Shown here: positions 13,341 to 27,613 of the stretch, in pieces
Layout of the letters: every line of letters begins with the position of its first letter
Position numbering within the stretch: the stretch's first letter is position 1
Origin: Chrysemys picta bellii
Lineage: Eukaryota
DNA length: 64,000 nucleotides
Direction of reading: 5' to 3'
Assembly: GCF_011386835.1 (NCBI RefSeq)
Contig: NC_088796.1
Span: forward strand, 97,526,001-97,590,000
Program-made: the position numbers and the translations under genes
Notes under the pieces: model-generated
The model's input: the letters and a program-made list of their open reading frames with translations, nothing else
What the model was told of the DNA's origin: nothing
Database searches by the model: none

Positions 13341-16300
13341 CAGGTGTTTAGGACCCATGTTATAAACTAGAGCTGAGAAGTGCTGATTTGATTTAATCCC
13401 GCCCAGGACAGAGGAGCTACACTTCAGCCACTGTATTTATCTTGGCCCAGGGTGGCACCTACAATTCACCACCAGGGTCCAGCTGTGGGCATACCAGTCA
13501 CATAAAGAGGGATTTAGTACATCCCTCGTTAGGGACATAGTATCTCTGGGGATGAAGCTCAAATCTGCATTCACCTTTTTGCAGCTTTATCCCTTTACAA
13601 AGTTTGCTGTTGCTTTGGCATAACTGCGTTCTAGCTCTAGGACTGGGACTACTTACAATTTAGACTTGGGCTAGAGAAAGCTGGCACTTCTAGTAAGGAT
13701 TATCTAAATAAAATCAGTACCACACAGTATGCAGACTGACTTAAAAGGTCAAGAGCAATTGGACAATAATACAGGTTTAAAGGGACTGGTATGATCAACA
13801 TTTACCCTAAATGTGCCTTTTTTCAACAAACTTAAAAATGTGAAAGGCTTTTTGAATGTATCTATCTATAAAGGATTAGAGTAGATTGTACAGGGGGAAA
13901 AAAGCCACAGGAGACCATCAGTTGCCTTCTAAAGGCAGAACGAGTTTATTTATTTTTATTTCCCTTAAGGACAGCATCTAAGCTTTCAATGGGCTTTAGT
14001 TGAGATTGGACTAATTTATTTTTATTAAAAAAGCAAAAATCTGATTCCTTTTAGAAAGTTCAGACTACCTGCAAGTAAACCCTTATTGAAAACTGCTGTT
14101 AGTCCAATATGGTTTCTGGATAGGGATCTGAGCAGAACAGTTTTTACAAACATGCAGGCTTTATGCTCCTAGACAGCATTTAAAATAGTAAATGCCTTTT
14201 TGCCCATGTGAACTTTAAAATTGTACTTTCAATTAAAGCAAAATTGGAAGCATAAAGTATCTGCCTTAAAAACAGAAAGCTAAAAATGACCGTATCAATG
14301 CCCAGAAAAAGTTAACACAGCTAGATGAATGAGAGTGTGAGTTTAAAATACCATAAATTTCAAATCTATTATTCAGTGTCATTTCCATGGAAACAGCTTG
14401 ATTCCCTACCCTACCTTTTTTACCTTTAAAAGGATTTTCAAAGGGGATGATAGTGTAGCTAAGTTAACCATTAGATTAATGTAAAGAGAACAAAGCAGTT
14501 AATTTGATCCTTCCTCAACACAAGTCATTTAATAATTATTCTCATAGAAAATATTTATATAACTTCAAAATACAAAATGATTGTATGAAATTACAAGCTG
14601 TGGATTAATATCCATCTAATTTACTTTAGTAGGCAACTTACTTAGAACAAGGAAACATTATTAGAGGTAGATTTAAAGTACCACATGTAAATTGCCTTAA
14701 AGTTCCAATCAAATATCCAACAATTAACCTAGGTATGCTGAAACAAATATAGAAGTTGTTGCTAATAGCCAGAGGTGAGTGGGGGTAGAAATCATGTGCC
14801 CCCTAGATTTCTACCAGGGTTCACACCAGAACATCAGAAATATAAGGGCTACTGTAGAGGCACCTCATAACTGTTGATATTGCTGGGGCACAATTTAACG
14901 GTTCTGTAGTGAACCCTGGCAGCAGAGGCAATGTGTGCGGGTGGGAGGGCATGCCATATGGCCTGGTGACTGCACCATGGCCTCAGTGTCACTTACTGAG
15001 CCTTCTTCAGTGTAATGCAGAGCAGCTTCACAACACCTCCCATCTCAAAACCAGCTCCCTGCCCTCTGGCCAGCCCCACCTTTGGCCAGACACTCCCAGT
15101 GCAGCCAGGCCTTTAGCCACAGGATCCCAGCTCCCTGGACTCTATTCTTGGCTTGGTGATGGACTCTGAGCTGGGACAAGGCAGCTGGGCCCACTTCTCA
15201 GGGCTGCAGGTGCAGTCCCTGCACACACACATCCTTCCCCTCTGTATAATGAGGGATCTCCACCTCACTCCCAGCAGCACAATGTGGCTTGTAAAGGGCT
15301 TTGAGACACTGCTGGAGCACAGCAAGCTGATTGCTGCTCTAGATGTGCCCTGTGAGCCAGCCTGGGTTTGTATCAGTGGGCAGCAGCAGCCTGGAGGCAG
15401 TAGCTGCCTTTCCATCATGGGAAGGGATGGAGCTGCTTCCAGCAGCAGGTATAAGGAGGGTGTAAGGGATGAGCTCTGCAAAGAGAGACCAGGGGCAGCT
15501 CCTGTGCAAGGCAAAGGAACAACACAGGATTTGCTTAATTTTAAACTTAATGACTCCCCATTATTACAGCACAGCCATACACTCTGGGCACAGTTGTCCC
15601 AACTGTGTAACTGCTTTCTAAAAAGAAAAGAAAGTAGCAGGATTTCTCTATTGTCTAATAATCCTTAAAATAAATGCTTCAAACACTTTATTTAAGCAAC
15701 AGATAAGTTACACTGATAAACTTCAAATGGGCAAAGTGAGAGTGCAATTCCTGCATTAGCAGACTAAGTCTTATTTCTGTTTCAAGGTTAATTTACTCCC
15801 ATTCCTTTGTGACATGATGCTTTGCTTCACTCCGTACTATGATTTCATATATCAATATTCAAATTACCAAAGCCAACAAACTATTAGAATAGATTGCTAA
15901 GCTTAGCATGGCCAGAAAATTATAATTTATAGTTTCTAAAATATTTTATCTTTTGTTTCTATTTTCAGTCCTATAGAAAATGGTCCTGGGAGCGTTAAGT
16001 CACAATAAATGCAGCTTTCAAGAAACTTCTTAGCACTGTTCAATAATTTCAGATTTTGTAAATATTCTATTTTTAAATTGATGTTAAGAAATCCTTCTCT
16101 AACCCGTGGCTGAGCTTGTATTATACCTCTAAACATTCATAAGGTCACAAGGAAAAATGAAAACAATTAGAATTTTGTTTAAAAACTGAGGGAGAATACA
16201 CAAACATTTTTTGTTTTAAGCCTCAGATCAAAAGTGGAAATAACATTCCCAGTTCTGATATCAAACATAGAATTGTACATCCTTTCCAACAGATCCTGAG

Positions 16301-16698
16301 AGCTGTAGCTTGTGCATGTTACAGACAGCTGCAGATAAAAGGGAAATTATTTTGGATTTCAGTACTATTGAATAATTATTAAACCAGTCTTATCAGGACA
16401 ACCTCATGGCAGACATTAAAACAGGAGTTTTATACTTGTGAAAATGGGATGTTTGTATGCATTCTGATGAATGAGGGCTGTGTATGTGTACATTTTCTTC
16501 CATTTTCACTAGTACAGTACAAATATGCATGGCACAGTATATATCTGGATAGCAATACAGGTATTAAGAAAATAGACACTCTCAAATTCCTGTTAAGAAT
16601 AAACAAGGCACCACTGATTTGAGGTTGTATCCAGTCATTACCTAGTCCATTGTGTGTTGTAAATTTTAGCATTATCTCCAGCATTTTTTCTGAAGAAT

Positions 16699-16815
16699 CT
16701 ATTTGAAACACTGCAACTCTGGTTTCCTAACCACAAACAACACACATTCATAGTAGTATTTCATCATGGATAGTTCATTCACAGTGTATGTAGACAATAC
16801 AGATTCTTTCTCCAC
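16699..16815 (-). CDS. CARNMT1: CARNMT1 exon 8 ([38 protein letters not shown])
   Basis: tttcag|GTG acceptor, TAG at 16699-16701; summed CDS is 1239 nt, giving 412 aa with no frameshift. Confidence 0.97.
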   Translation of the reverse strand: MEKESVLSTYTVNELSMMKYYYECVLFVVRKPELQCFK

Positions 16816-17117
16816 CTGAAAATAAAAATTGAAGTTTTCAGAATATTTTCTGAAATAGCACCTGAAGCAATTCCCTCCAAAATGTGTATTTCTCCTCTGA
16901 ACAAGCATCACTGTTATGTGTTTACAGTCAGTGTTATTTGCCCTTTAATTAATTAAAAACCAGACAGCTTAAATATAACTACAATTGTCAACATAAACAT
17001 GTAAGCATCTTAAAAGTTAAAAATATATATTAAACAACATTTAAGGAAAAGCCCTAATATGCCTAGTTTTGGTTGACCCATCTACTCCAATAAGCATTAC
17101 TCACAATCTATCCGTAC

Positions 17118-17221
17118 CTCTAGATGGAATCCATACTGTAATATAACATTTTTTATATCCTCATAACTCAATTCTATAGAAAGTTCATTTGCCAAGTTTT
17201 CAAAGTGGTAAAGGAGAGGAC
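17118..17221 (-). CDS. CARNMT1: CARNMT1 exon 7 ([35 protein letters not shown])
   Basis: ttctag|GT acceptor, GAG|GTACGG donor, 104 bp, phase 1 to 0; translated by hand. Confidence 0.97.
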
Positions 17222-17885
17222 CTAGAATACAAAGATAAAGGGATTCAGTAACACTAATACCAATTTTATTGTCAAAAGTATACTTTTATCTAAACTTTTA
17301 TATGAAGTCAACTCTGTAGCATTTGGGATAAGTATGAAATCAACAAATAAAAAAAAATATGACACCCTGAGCTGTAAAACTAACTGATAAGTAGAGCTAG
17401 CTGACAGCCGTGCCTGTAATTAGGTTGTCTACCGCTTTTCATTATTAGCCCGTTTTCAGTTGCTTACAGCTTTAACAAACTAAAGTTTCAGCAACAAATG
17501 GTTCAGCCATCTGAGAGAACAAGATTGGGGGAAAAGTACATTGTTTTGCCAATGTTAAAAAGAAATGGTTAAAGAATTTAAGAAACTGAGCACTTCAGTG
17601 CTTTGGAGTATGGATGTGACACTTTGGAGGGTGCAGTCCTCAGGCCAGGGAGATGCATTTTGTTTCCTTATGAAAATTCACTCAGATTTGGCTGAATAAT
17701 AAGAATCTGAAAATCACTGTTGACACATGCACAGAGGCTTGAGAGAATGGGGTAGTTAAAAATGCTGAAGATTCCATGGCTATGAATGCTGAGCAGGACT
17801 TCCCCTGCAACTGCTCCTCCCACTCACCAGGGGCCATTGGTCATGCCAGGCAATAGAACTGAGAGCAAGAAGATGAACAATTTAC

Positions 17886-17999
17886 CTAAATTTATCCATA
17901 TTCCTCCTGGTTTGAGAATTTTCCATATTGTATCAATGTAATCAATGACATTATGCGCTGTATCTATGAAGAAGCAGGTTGCTATGCAGTCCCACATAT
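17886..17999 (-). CDS. CARNMT1: CARNMT1 exon 6 ([37 protein letters not shown])
   Basis: gtacag|AT acceptor, G|GTAAAT donor, 114 bp, phase 1 to 1. Confidence 0.97.
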
Positions 18000-18235
18000 C
18001 TGTACAAAGAAAATACATTATCGAGTGCACATGATCGGCTGCAACATCAATCCTCTGTATAAGACTTCAGACTTCGCTTGTATTTAGCATTTAGTATCAG
18101 AATATATAGATATTTAGTCACACCTAAGATCACCTTTAGCTAACAGTAAAGAGAATGGCTAGAAGTTAAATATTTCCTAACATTTTATTGAAAGAAAACC
18201 AATAATACTGTATTACTGTAAAAGCAGGGCAATAA

Positions 18236-18963
18236 AGGTATGCCTACACTGCAACTAAAAATCCTGGGCTGGCCTGTAATAGGTGACACGGGCTCCGGCT
18301 GCTTAATTGTGGGGCAGACATTCAGGGTCAGGCTGCAGGCAGAGCTCTGGGACCCTCCAACCTTGTAGGTCCTAGAGCATGGGCTCCAGCCCAAGCCTGA
18401 ACATCTATACCACATTTAAACAGCCCCTTACCCTGAGCCCTGCCAGCACTGGGTTTTTAATTGCAGTGTAGATCAGAGGTTCTCAAAAACTGAGGGGCAA
18501 AATACATCCAAGGGAAGGGGGGTGAGAGAAGCTTTCCTGTGGACATTTTACCCACAGCAATGAATAACTAGAGCAAAGCGGATTCCTCTGCATTTGACTC
18601 TACATGGTGCTGTGCATTTTGAGATTTCCATTAAACGTGCACAGTATTATACAAAGTTGTTGCCATCTGTACATTAATCTGTCTGCTACGATGCAGTGTG
18701 CGCATTTAATTGTAAGCACGGACCACAACTACAGTTTTGCTTTTGCTCTTATTACAATGGATCACTCGTGCCATGAAGGGGGGTGGGGGTGGGGGAAGAG
18801 AGACATGCAAAAAACTAAGCTGAAACTGATTTGAGCGAAGCACTGCTGCCATACACATTGGTATATGTACTTGTGTGCCGGGAACGGGGATGTAAAACTA
18901 CTACAGATACAAAGAAGGGGGGCATGATCAAATAAGTTTAAGAACCACTGTGTACACATACCC
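18236..18963. mobile_element. Harbinger-like MITE with a nested hAT MITE (18474-18950)
   Basis: Outer ends AGGTATGCCTACAC / GTGTACACATACCC flanked by TAA and TTA; inner ends CAGAGGTTCTCAAA / TTTAAGAACCACTG. Confidence 0.7.
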
Positions 18964-20419
18964 TTAGGGCCAGATTTCCATTAAGCAAGGCTCAAGAGCT
19001 GATACTTTAATTTAATTAATTGATTTTACACTCAATTGTTTGAGCATGGATACCACAACTGTGTACACAAAAGTAGGAAAGCAAAAATGTACCCGAACTC
19101 TGGGCCTCTTTAGCACTTTTAAAATCCAGAACAGAAGGCTGCCCATCATCAAAATATTTGGTGATTTCACTTTGAAATATCTTTATCCAAAACCACACAT
19201 TTCTACTTTTGTATTTCCTATTGTATTTAACCTTTCTTTAAATTAATGCTTTGCATAGATACAAGGAAAGTCTTTTGAAGTGCAGATTTCCTTTTCGCAT
19301 CTACCCATATTCTCTGAAGTTATGAAAGGTTAGGCCCTATTACCTTCAAATAAATATTTTTTAAAAAAATTATTTTTAGATTTATTTCTGACTTACAACA
19401 GCCTTCATTCCCTGGTTTGAGCTACAAACATCTGAACAGTAGCAGGGGGCTGACTACAAGCCACTATGCCTGTGGGAAAAGATATTACTACTTCTTAAGA
19501 AACCAGTGTTTAAGCAGGGCAAAGGTCTAAAAAAAAAAAAAAAAAAAAAGCAGGCCAAAAACTTGCTAGCTCAAGGAGAATAATTGCGGGTTCAAACATG
19601 TATGCCAAGTGCAAGGAAGGAATAGCACCAGCTGGTTATTTAGTACCTTGTATAGACAAATAACCTCCAGATAAAAGTAAGAAATCCATCATCACTTCCA
19701 GTCTTACTAGTACTAGGAACTGAGGTGGAAAATATTTAAATACAGTTCTCTTCTGTACATGAATTAGGGGGAGAAAAATTACCTCATCAGTTGCAACAAA
19801 AATTATTTATCCAGACAGATTTCACAAATGACAATAAGGATGTTTGTGTTGACAGGAACATTGTGATCTTTCATAAATATTATCCCTTTGCACATCCTTG
19901 AAATACTGGTCATTGATAGTTAATGAATATCTATTTGTTTTATTTGTAAATAATTGTTTTAGTAATAATTTGCCATGTTGTCTATTTTTAAATCAAGTAA
20001 CAATAAATAATTAGACTTCACTTCATTTATATCCATGAAAAACATAGGCTGTTTATATTGTGCATTTCTTTAACATCAATCACTCTTCTAATTCAAGGAA
20101 AGAAAATAAGCACGAAAGATCACAGTGTTGGAAGTTGTCCAAGATATCACCATTCTCATTAAAAGAACAGAGCATATATAACCCTACAACAAGGATACAA
20201 TTTAGACACTTAAATATGCTAGAGCACACGTATAACTTTTGCTTCTTTCAATTCAACTCATTTTGGTTGAGAAGAATCTAGGTGTAATATACAACTTTAG
20301 TGCCTACTTTAATGATCCAAGCCATAATTTGATTTTAATTTTAAATAGAATTCTATTCTTCCATACTGGGTTTATATTTAGTGTGTTCATGAATTCTGAC
20401 CTCTAATTTCTCTACTTAC

Positions 20420-20598
20420 TGCACTCTGAGTAAATTTCTTGAAAATCCCCTGCTGTCATAGAAAAGTTTGCACCAGAAGGAAGACTGTGGGGATCAACAT
20501 CAGGGAAATAAACTGGTCGTATCTGATCAGCAGATCTCCTGTTATTGCTAAACTGATGAATCCAGGGATAAAGTTTATGAGAGTTAATTTCAGAGCAT
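20420..20598 (-). CDS. CARNMT1: CARNMT1 exon 5 ([37 protein letters not shown]...[11 protein letters not shown])
   Basis: ttccag|A acceptor, A|GTAAGT donor, 179 bp, phase 2 to 1; translated by hand. Confidence 0.97.
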
Positions 20599-21364
20599 CT
20601 GGAAAATATGAAAGTCAGAACGATTCAGTTTCAACTAACTGCTCACGTATTACTTAGAAAAGTAGGTGTTTTGCAATAAAATTGGTAAGTATAAAATGAT
20701 TTGATTTTCAACAATATGTATGATAAATTTAGTTGCTAATCGGGATGTTATAAAGTATTTCTGTAGGTTTTACTTAGGTTATTATTCCAACTTCTTCAAG
20801 ACAAATAAAACATACAGTTTTATTGAAAAGGGGGGTTTCTTCTTTTTTGCTTAGTATATTTCAATCATGTTTTATGTCTAGCTTAAAAGAAAACCAGTAG
20901 CACAGTTCTTTCTGCAAGATGAGTGAAAATTGCCATTACATATATTCAGTTGTGCTAAACCATTAGAATTCCCATTTGTTTGTCATGGAAGAGTGTACTT
21001 GTTTATTTTATAAACAGAAGGGCTTAAGTGACTTAAGTCCTTTCTTATTTTTATATTTTCCTAAGAATACCTATTTTCATTCTAGATTCTTGCTGAGAGT
21101 TGCCTTTCTTCAGTCAGAATAAGAGAGACTTTGTGGCACAGCAAAGTAAAAACATTTTTCTGAAAGGTCATCCTTTAAACAAAAGTATGTATTTAGATTA
21201 TTTCATTAGATCTGCAAAGTAAAATAATTTGCCATTGGGCAGTTTTACTAATATCATTTGAGCATATCCATTTACAGTACTGCAATTAATCTTAACAGCC
21301 TCATGCCATTTCTCTTTCTGTACACTGCAATGTGGACCAATACATAGCAAAGTAACACAAAACC

Positions 21365-24300
21365 CTTCCGGACTATTTCAACTATGAAAAGTGACTAAAA
21401 TGACACGCTCCTATGAATTCCAACTTTTGCACAGGGGTCAAGGTGGACATTTTGAATGTTCAATAATAGGCCCAAACTGAGGAAGAGGTCTGTGGCTTCA
21501 CAAGATGCCCGTGAAGTTACATCTAGGGAGCAACCTTTCAGAAGTTGTCTAGATAAGGGAACACAAGATTTCCTTTTCTGCGGAGGTATGCCCCTACTAC
21601 TGACAATTTTTGAAAAGGCCGCTGGGGAAGAAAATAGGCTGAAATCGTGCACTGTGTACTATAAATGGTCCTGACCAACAGTAAAATGTAGGACTCTTTT
21701 GTGAGATTTGTGGATCGCAATATAAAAATGTGTGTCGTGAAGGTTGAGGGCCAAGAACCAATCCCCTTGGTCCGGTGACAGAATTATTGCTGCAAGTGTC
21801 ACCATTTTGAATTTTTGGGCCTTCACAAAGGTGTTAGTAGCCTTATATCTTGGATAGGTCTAACCCCCATTCTTTTTTGGAAATACCAAATACCAGGAAA
21901 TACCTGGAATAAAACACTCTCCCTCTGTGCTGCACAGGAACCAATTCTACAGCACCCAAGAAGAGGAGAGAGCATATTTAGTTTTGTAGCAGGTTCTTGT
22001 GAGAGGTGTCCCTGAAGAGGGTCAGGAAAGGGGTGTTGGCAAGCTGAAGAGAAGTAAAATGGATGGAGTATCCTATGGAGTTGATCTCCAAAACCCACTT
22101 GTCCATAGTGATTGACTCCCAAGCCTGCCAGGAGTGGTAAAGGTTGAGAAGTAGGTGGTTTTCTTCCCTGGAACCTCTCTTTCACTGAGGTTCATATGGT
22201 ATCTGGGGGAGCTCGAGAATTGGGCAGGATGAAATCTCTTCACCAACAGGAAATTACTAAGCTCTCTCTTTTGGATCCTGAGAGAATGCAAAGTAGCCCT
22301 GGAGTCCTTTAATGTATGCAGAGATTCATCCATGCGGTGAGTGAATAATTTAGTATTATCAAAAGGGAGGTCTTCGACTGTATTTTCGACCTGCTTTAGA
22401 AATCCTGAGAGCTGGAGCCAGCAGGCCCGCCTCATAACTACTGCTGTACAAGTCGAACAGGCGGTAGTATCAGCACCATCGAGGGAGCCTGCAGAGCCTG
22501 AGCAGCTGGCCTTCCGCAATAATTGGCTGGATTACTCTCTATGTTCTGTTAGTAGATGCTCAATAAATGAGTTCAGCTTGACATAATTTGTACGATTGTA
22601 CTTTGCCATTAACAGCTGGTAGTTGGCGATTCTGAACTGCAAAGTACTGACGAATACGATTTTCTATTCAATAGGTCAAGGTGCTTATGCTCCTTGTGGT
22701 AGGTCATACATTTAGCATGGTGCTGCCTCCCACATTCATTAACTGCATCAACCACCAAGGAGTTCGAAAAGGGATGAGAAAATAAAAATTTGGAGTCCTT
22801 AGATTGAATATTTCTTATCTGCTCCCTTGCATGTAGGTAGCGAGGGTGTGCCATATAACCTTTGCAGAGTCCAGTAGGGCCTCTAACAGCCAAGATAACA
22901 GATGGAGCTGTATGAAGGATGTCAAGCAGCTTATGATGTGGCTCTTTAACCTCTCAGGAGGAATCTGCAAAGAATCCACAATTCTACTGACAAGTTCCTG
23001 AAACTGCTTGAAGTCATCCACCAGGGAGGGAAGAGGTGGCATAGCTGCCTCATCCAGGGATGAAGAAGAGATGTCAGCTGGTAGAGAGACCTTTTCATCA
23101 GCCCTAGCTCCCTGTTCCTCAAAAGGTTTCTTCCTGCAGTTCTGGTCTCCTAGGGAGGGAGGGTGATGACTCTGTCTTTGTGAGTAGTGGTTCTCAAGGC
23201 CTAGAAAATTGCTGATGATAGGCTGCCCAAAAGTCCCGGTATGGCCAAAGAGGTGGTGCACATGGCATGGGTGGAGGCATCCATGGGTGTTCATACCAGC
23301 GAAACAGTGGTCGGGGCCATTTCTGACAAGTGACACCAATCTCCTCAGACATCTCTGGAAAAGAGCCTCAATAGGAACAGAGGGAAAGCTTTGCAGAGAT
23401 ATTTGGGAGACTGAGGCAAGATCTTTATCAGAATCATCCTCTTCCAAATCACTCTGTAGCTGTGGAGTTCTGGAAGAAAGATGAAACCGTCAGTACTGGG
23501 TGAATGTCTGGAGATCTAGAAGTCCTCAGTAATAGGAGTAAATCGGAGCCATGTAATGATGAGTTGGGCATCTCGGACACAGCAAAGTCACAGAGAAAGC
23601 AAAACTCCTGTGATACCAAGTGTTGTCGGTACCATGTCCATAGTCTGCGCTGAAATAATAGTGGCTGAAGGAGTTGACAGTACCATGAATCTCAACTGCT
23701 CCGAGGACAATACAGAGCTGAGTGTGCTTCTCCAGTACTGGGTGAGAAGCGAGAGAGCTCTTCTTGAAGCCTTGCTCCACTGATAGTATCACCGACCTCC
23801 TGGAGCCTAAGACTCAGCAGCAGTGGTCCCCAAACTTTTCAGGATCACACCCCCCTTTACCCATCTGCGCCCTGGCTGGAAGTGGGGCCGTGGCTCTGGG
23901 GGTGGGTGGTGGAATGTGCAGACAGCGGTAAGGAGGCTGGGCTGGCAGCCAGGGCCCCAGGCACAGGGCCAGGAGCTAGGTGGCTCTCCCTTCCCACCCC
24001 CTTTGGGGGCTGGCCTGGGCCCTAGCCACACTCTCCCCTCTCCCCCCCACGTTCCTCCATGTCCCTGCCCCCAGCAGACACACCCCACAGTTTGGGGACC
24101 TCTTCTCTACAGTCTTCAGGTTTGACAGTACCTGAGGAATCAGCAGCCTTGTGGGTACCAGGTCAGAAAGCAATGGGTGCTGAAGTACAGGAGTCATCCA
24201 AGACCACAGCTTCTTAGAGGCAGATTTGCTACATGAAGAATCTCGAGGGACGGTCTTTGTGAATATTATGGGAGGAATCTTGGGTCTTCCTTTTAGATGC

Positions 24301-24960
24301 CCTCAAGGACCGCAGTTCAGAAACAGTGAAGGCAGCAGACTTATTCACAGACTGGTGTACACAGGGAGTCCCCTGGCGAGGGGCAGAGGCCAGGTGCAGT
24401 GAGCTCTTCATCATGAGGAGTCGAAGTTTGATCTCTCTGTTTTTCTGGCTCTAGATTTTAATGCCAGACAGCACTTTTGGGAAATAGGAGATTCTCTGAG
24501 ACAACAGATGCACCAGGACTAACCATCACTCATTGGGATTGCCTCCTGGCACGACAGGCAACATTTGAGACCAGGAGATCCCAGCATGCCCTCAGAGAAA
24601 AATCAAACTCACAGGAGGGGAAAAACTATCTAAAGGGTACTAAGAAAAATAGCTATATATATTCCCTAGCTACAGCCAAAATTACTACTAAGTACTAACT
24701 ACTTAAAAAAAAAAAAACCATGGGACACAGTGGAGGTAAAAACACAGACAACTGCTAAGGCTCTATCTGAGGCCGAGAAGGTTGAGCAGGAACTGAAGGC
24801 GGTTCACCCGCGCAGTGCTATATAACAGCACAGAGCATGAGACTAAGTAACATGCATGTGCAGGCTGAACGGACACTACTACGAGAAATCTCTGATCAAA
24901 GGCACAGGAGGCTCAAGCACACTTAGAATGGAACGCCCATAGGGACGTTACTTGAAGAAC
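21365..24960 (-). mobile_element. 3'-truncated DIRS1-like retrotransposon (5' terminal repeat, gag, most of RT) in CARNMT1 intron 4
   Basis: Minus strand begins GTTCTTCAAGTAACGTCCCTATGG; gag-like EDLPFDNTKLF...LKDSRATLHSL; RT KRMGVRPIQDIRLL and VFPYLDN (21544-21555); stops near the RT/RNase H boundary. Confidence 0.88.
23821..24103. mobile_element. hAT-type MITE nested in the DIRS gag
   Basis: CAGTGGTCCCCAAACT / AGTTTGGGGACC ends; TSD not resolved. Confidence 0.7.
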
Positions 24961-25002
24961 CAGTGGGTTACAGAATATGTTAATTATACCACATAACTAA
25001 TT

Positions 25003-25058
25003 GGGGGATGGACTAGATGACCTCTTGAAGTCCTTTCCAGACCTTTTTATGATTTTTA
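25003..25058 (+). mobile_element. CR1 3'-terminal fragment
   Basis: GGACTAGATGACCTCTTGAAGTCCTTTCCAG...TATGATT. Confidence 0.7.
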
Positions 25059-25285
25059 TACGGGAGGGGACTTTGCATTTAGGGGTCTCAACCCAACACA
25101 AGAAATCTACACATCTAAGAGAGATTACTCATTTATGAATGATAAAAGTGGGAATACTGAACATAAGCAGTCTCCCAACCACCAGATATCACTCCCTATC
25201 ATGATGAACAACACAGTAATTATTTCCTTTTATTCCCTCCTCTCCCCTGTTTGTACGTATACATCTGTTGGCTCTTGTTTATACT

Positions 25286-25535
25286 TGTATGTCTACACTG
25301 CAATTAGACCTATGGCTGGACTGTGCCAACTCACTCAGGCTAAGGGGCTGTTTAATTGCAGTGTAGACGTTGTAGCTCGGGCCCTCCTGGGACCCTCCTA
25401 CCTTGCAGGGTCCCAGAGCTCAGGCTACAGCCTAAGCCCAAATGTCTATGCCGCAATTAAACAACCTCTTAGCCTGAGCCCAAGTCAGCTGGCACAGACC
25501 AGTCAAAGGTTTTTAATTGCAGTGTGTACACAACC
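25286..25535. mobile_element. Harbinger-like MITE, same family as the 18236 outer element
   Basis: GTATGTCTACACTGCAATT...AATTGCAGTGTGTACAC. Confidence 0.7.
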
Positions 25536-25539
25536 TTAG

Positions 25540-25655
25540 ACGATAAACTCTTTGGGGCAAGGGCCATTTTTCTGTTCTCTGTTTGTACAATGCTATCACA
25601 GTGGCGTCCTGGTCCATAACTAGGTTCCTGGGTGCTACAGTAATAAAATAATAAA
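25540..25655 (+). mobile_element. Ancient L2-like 3' tail
   Basis: TAAACTCTTTGGGGCAAGGG...TGTTTGTACAATGCT...GCTACAGTAATAAAATAATAA; similar fragments near 9160-9235 (-) and 57240-57340 (+). Confidence 0.45.
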
Positions 25656-27149
25656 AAAAATTTAAGTATAAGAATCAAAGTATTAAGTGTTTTCACAGGT
25701 ATGTGTCGCTTCAGACAGATGAGCCAGTCTACTGGCAATCTGGTTCCTTTTGAACCTTGGGAGATAAAAAAAAATGTGATATCCTTCCATATACTTGCTG
25801 GCATTCCAACTCAGGATAAGAACAACTATTGTATCTTGATATCTCCCCACCCACCAAATCCACCTTCTGTTCTCCTTCTAAACAGCTCATTGGTAGTAGG
25901 ATTGGCTATTTCCTTGCTGGGACTGTGATAATAGCCAACCACTCCTCTCTCTCCGCTTCCCCATCAAATTCCCATGGTTCTTAAATTTGCATACAATAAT
26001 GCTTTTGAATCAAATGTTAACTTCATTCACTTAAATACAAATCTGAACCAAGTGTTTGATGGCAAGCATGTCTGAGAGGAATGTGATTTTAATTACTCAT
26101 TAATAATCCATATCAGTTTAGAAGTATGGAAGTGGTTTGAGTAGATGCTAAAGGCAAACAATTAGATAGGATTTTAGTATCCATTAAAAACTACCTACAT
26201 TACCAGCATGGTTTTGAAACTTAATTTTTTCTTTTCAAAATGTGATAAACAAGACATGGACAAAGGAAAAGAGAGGAATGCTATCTACACTTTAAATCTA
26301 GATATAATCCATAAGAGTCCTTTTTACTAAATTAAGCACTAGGGTTTGTTTGTTTTTTTAAAAGTCAGTAAATAAAAATGCAAGTACCAAAAGAGAAAAT
26401 ATTGAATGATAAAAAGATGGTTAGCAACTCACTTCATATGTGAAGCTTTTATAATCTTTCTGGAACAGACTCTGAATTTAGAGCTTCTGCAGTGAAATCT
26501 TTCTAAATGAAATTTAGGGCATTAGCCAGAAACGGCCTAAAAATGGCACCAGATTCCTGCTCATATCATTTTTCAGATAATATGTTGTTGGAGATAGCTG
26601 GTGAGGTACAAAACAGAAAGCAGCTTGACACTTGGATAAAGAAAGATTGGAGCACTCCTGATTCAGTATTGTTTTGCCTTGTCAACTGAAGATTAGTTAT
26701 GGAAATCATTCTATTCTATATAGGTTCTTATACTGCGCTCATTAACATAGAAGCCGAGCGCCTTCCAGTAGTGCGTTCAGCAACATGACTAATATCTGTC
26801 ATTAATGGAAAATGAACATGGGACATCAACATGTCATGCTTCTAATTATACATGTGGTGTAATGCTTATAAGATAATTTTTCTGATCATAGCCTCACTTA
26901 AACTTAACATTTATAGTGGATTCTACCGCTGTGAACCTGAGTAATTAGAAGGTGTATGCAGCTGCTGGATGAGAAAGATTGCCTAATAAGTGTTTTGATA
27001 TTTTAATAGCAATGAGGCATCTATTAATAATTTTTTCTGTCAAACAAAAAACGTATACATAAAATTAAATAAATACTTGTAGAAATTTGCCTTAACTTTT
27101 AGTAATAAATGCAACCTATTTTATTTTTATTTATAAATTTTCTTTGGTG

Positions 27150-27355
27150 CTTATCACCATAGTATCAGAACTCCTTGAACATATGAATCAAATTTATCCT
27201 CAACATCTCTATGAGACGAGAAGTACGTCCATTTTACAGATTTAAAACAGAAGCATAGAAATTATATAACTTACTCAAGCTCAAACAAGAAATTTGTGGC
27301 TGAGCCCAGATCTCCTGAGTTCCAGTTCAGTGCTTTAACCACAAGGCAATTCTTG
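27150..27355 (-). mobile_element. MIR/CORE-SINE-like fragment
   Basis: CCATTTTACAGAT...CCCAGATCTCCTGAGTTCCAGTTCAGTGCTTTAACCAC. Confidence 0.5.
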
Positions 27356-27613
27356 CTTCTACAATCTTTATGACATACAGGTATGGCTATAATAAATTTC
27401 CAAGTCAAATTTTGGAATAATCTCCCGTTCCTCCCTCCTACCCTCTTCCAGACATTTACATGAAAGCAAGAGATCTAAAAGATCTGGTTACCTAGATTAG
27501 GGATTTTGGAATTTATTTTGATTGGTTATTACTTTGTTAAAGGATTGGTCACTGATTTTTGCCTCCCTAGTACACATAGGTTGCAACCAGCAAGTAAAAT
27601 ATAAGCTAAGTAC

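Noticed and set aside
26720-26990. CpG-retaining intronic segment resembling a conserved element or snoRNA
   Set aside because: The first part resembles an ancient LINE tail repeat, no C/D or H/ACA box arrangement was found, and conservation cannot be judged from one sequence.
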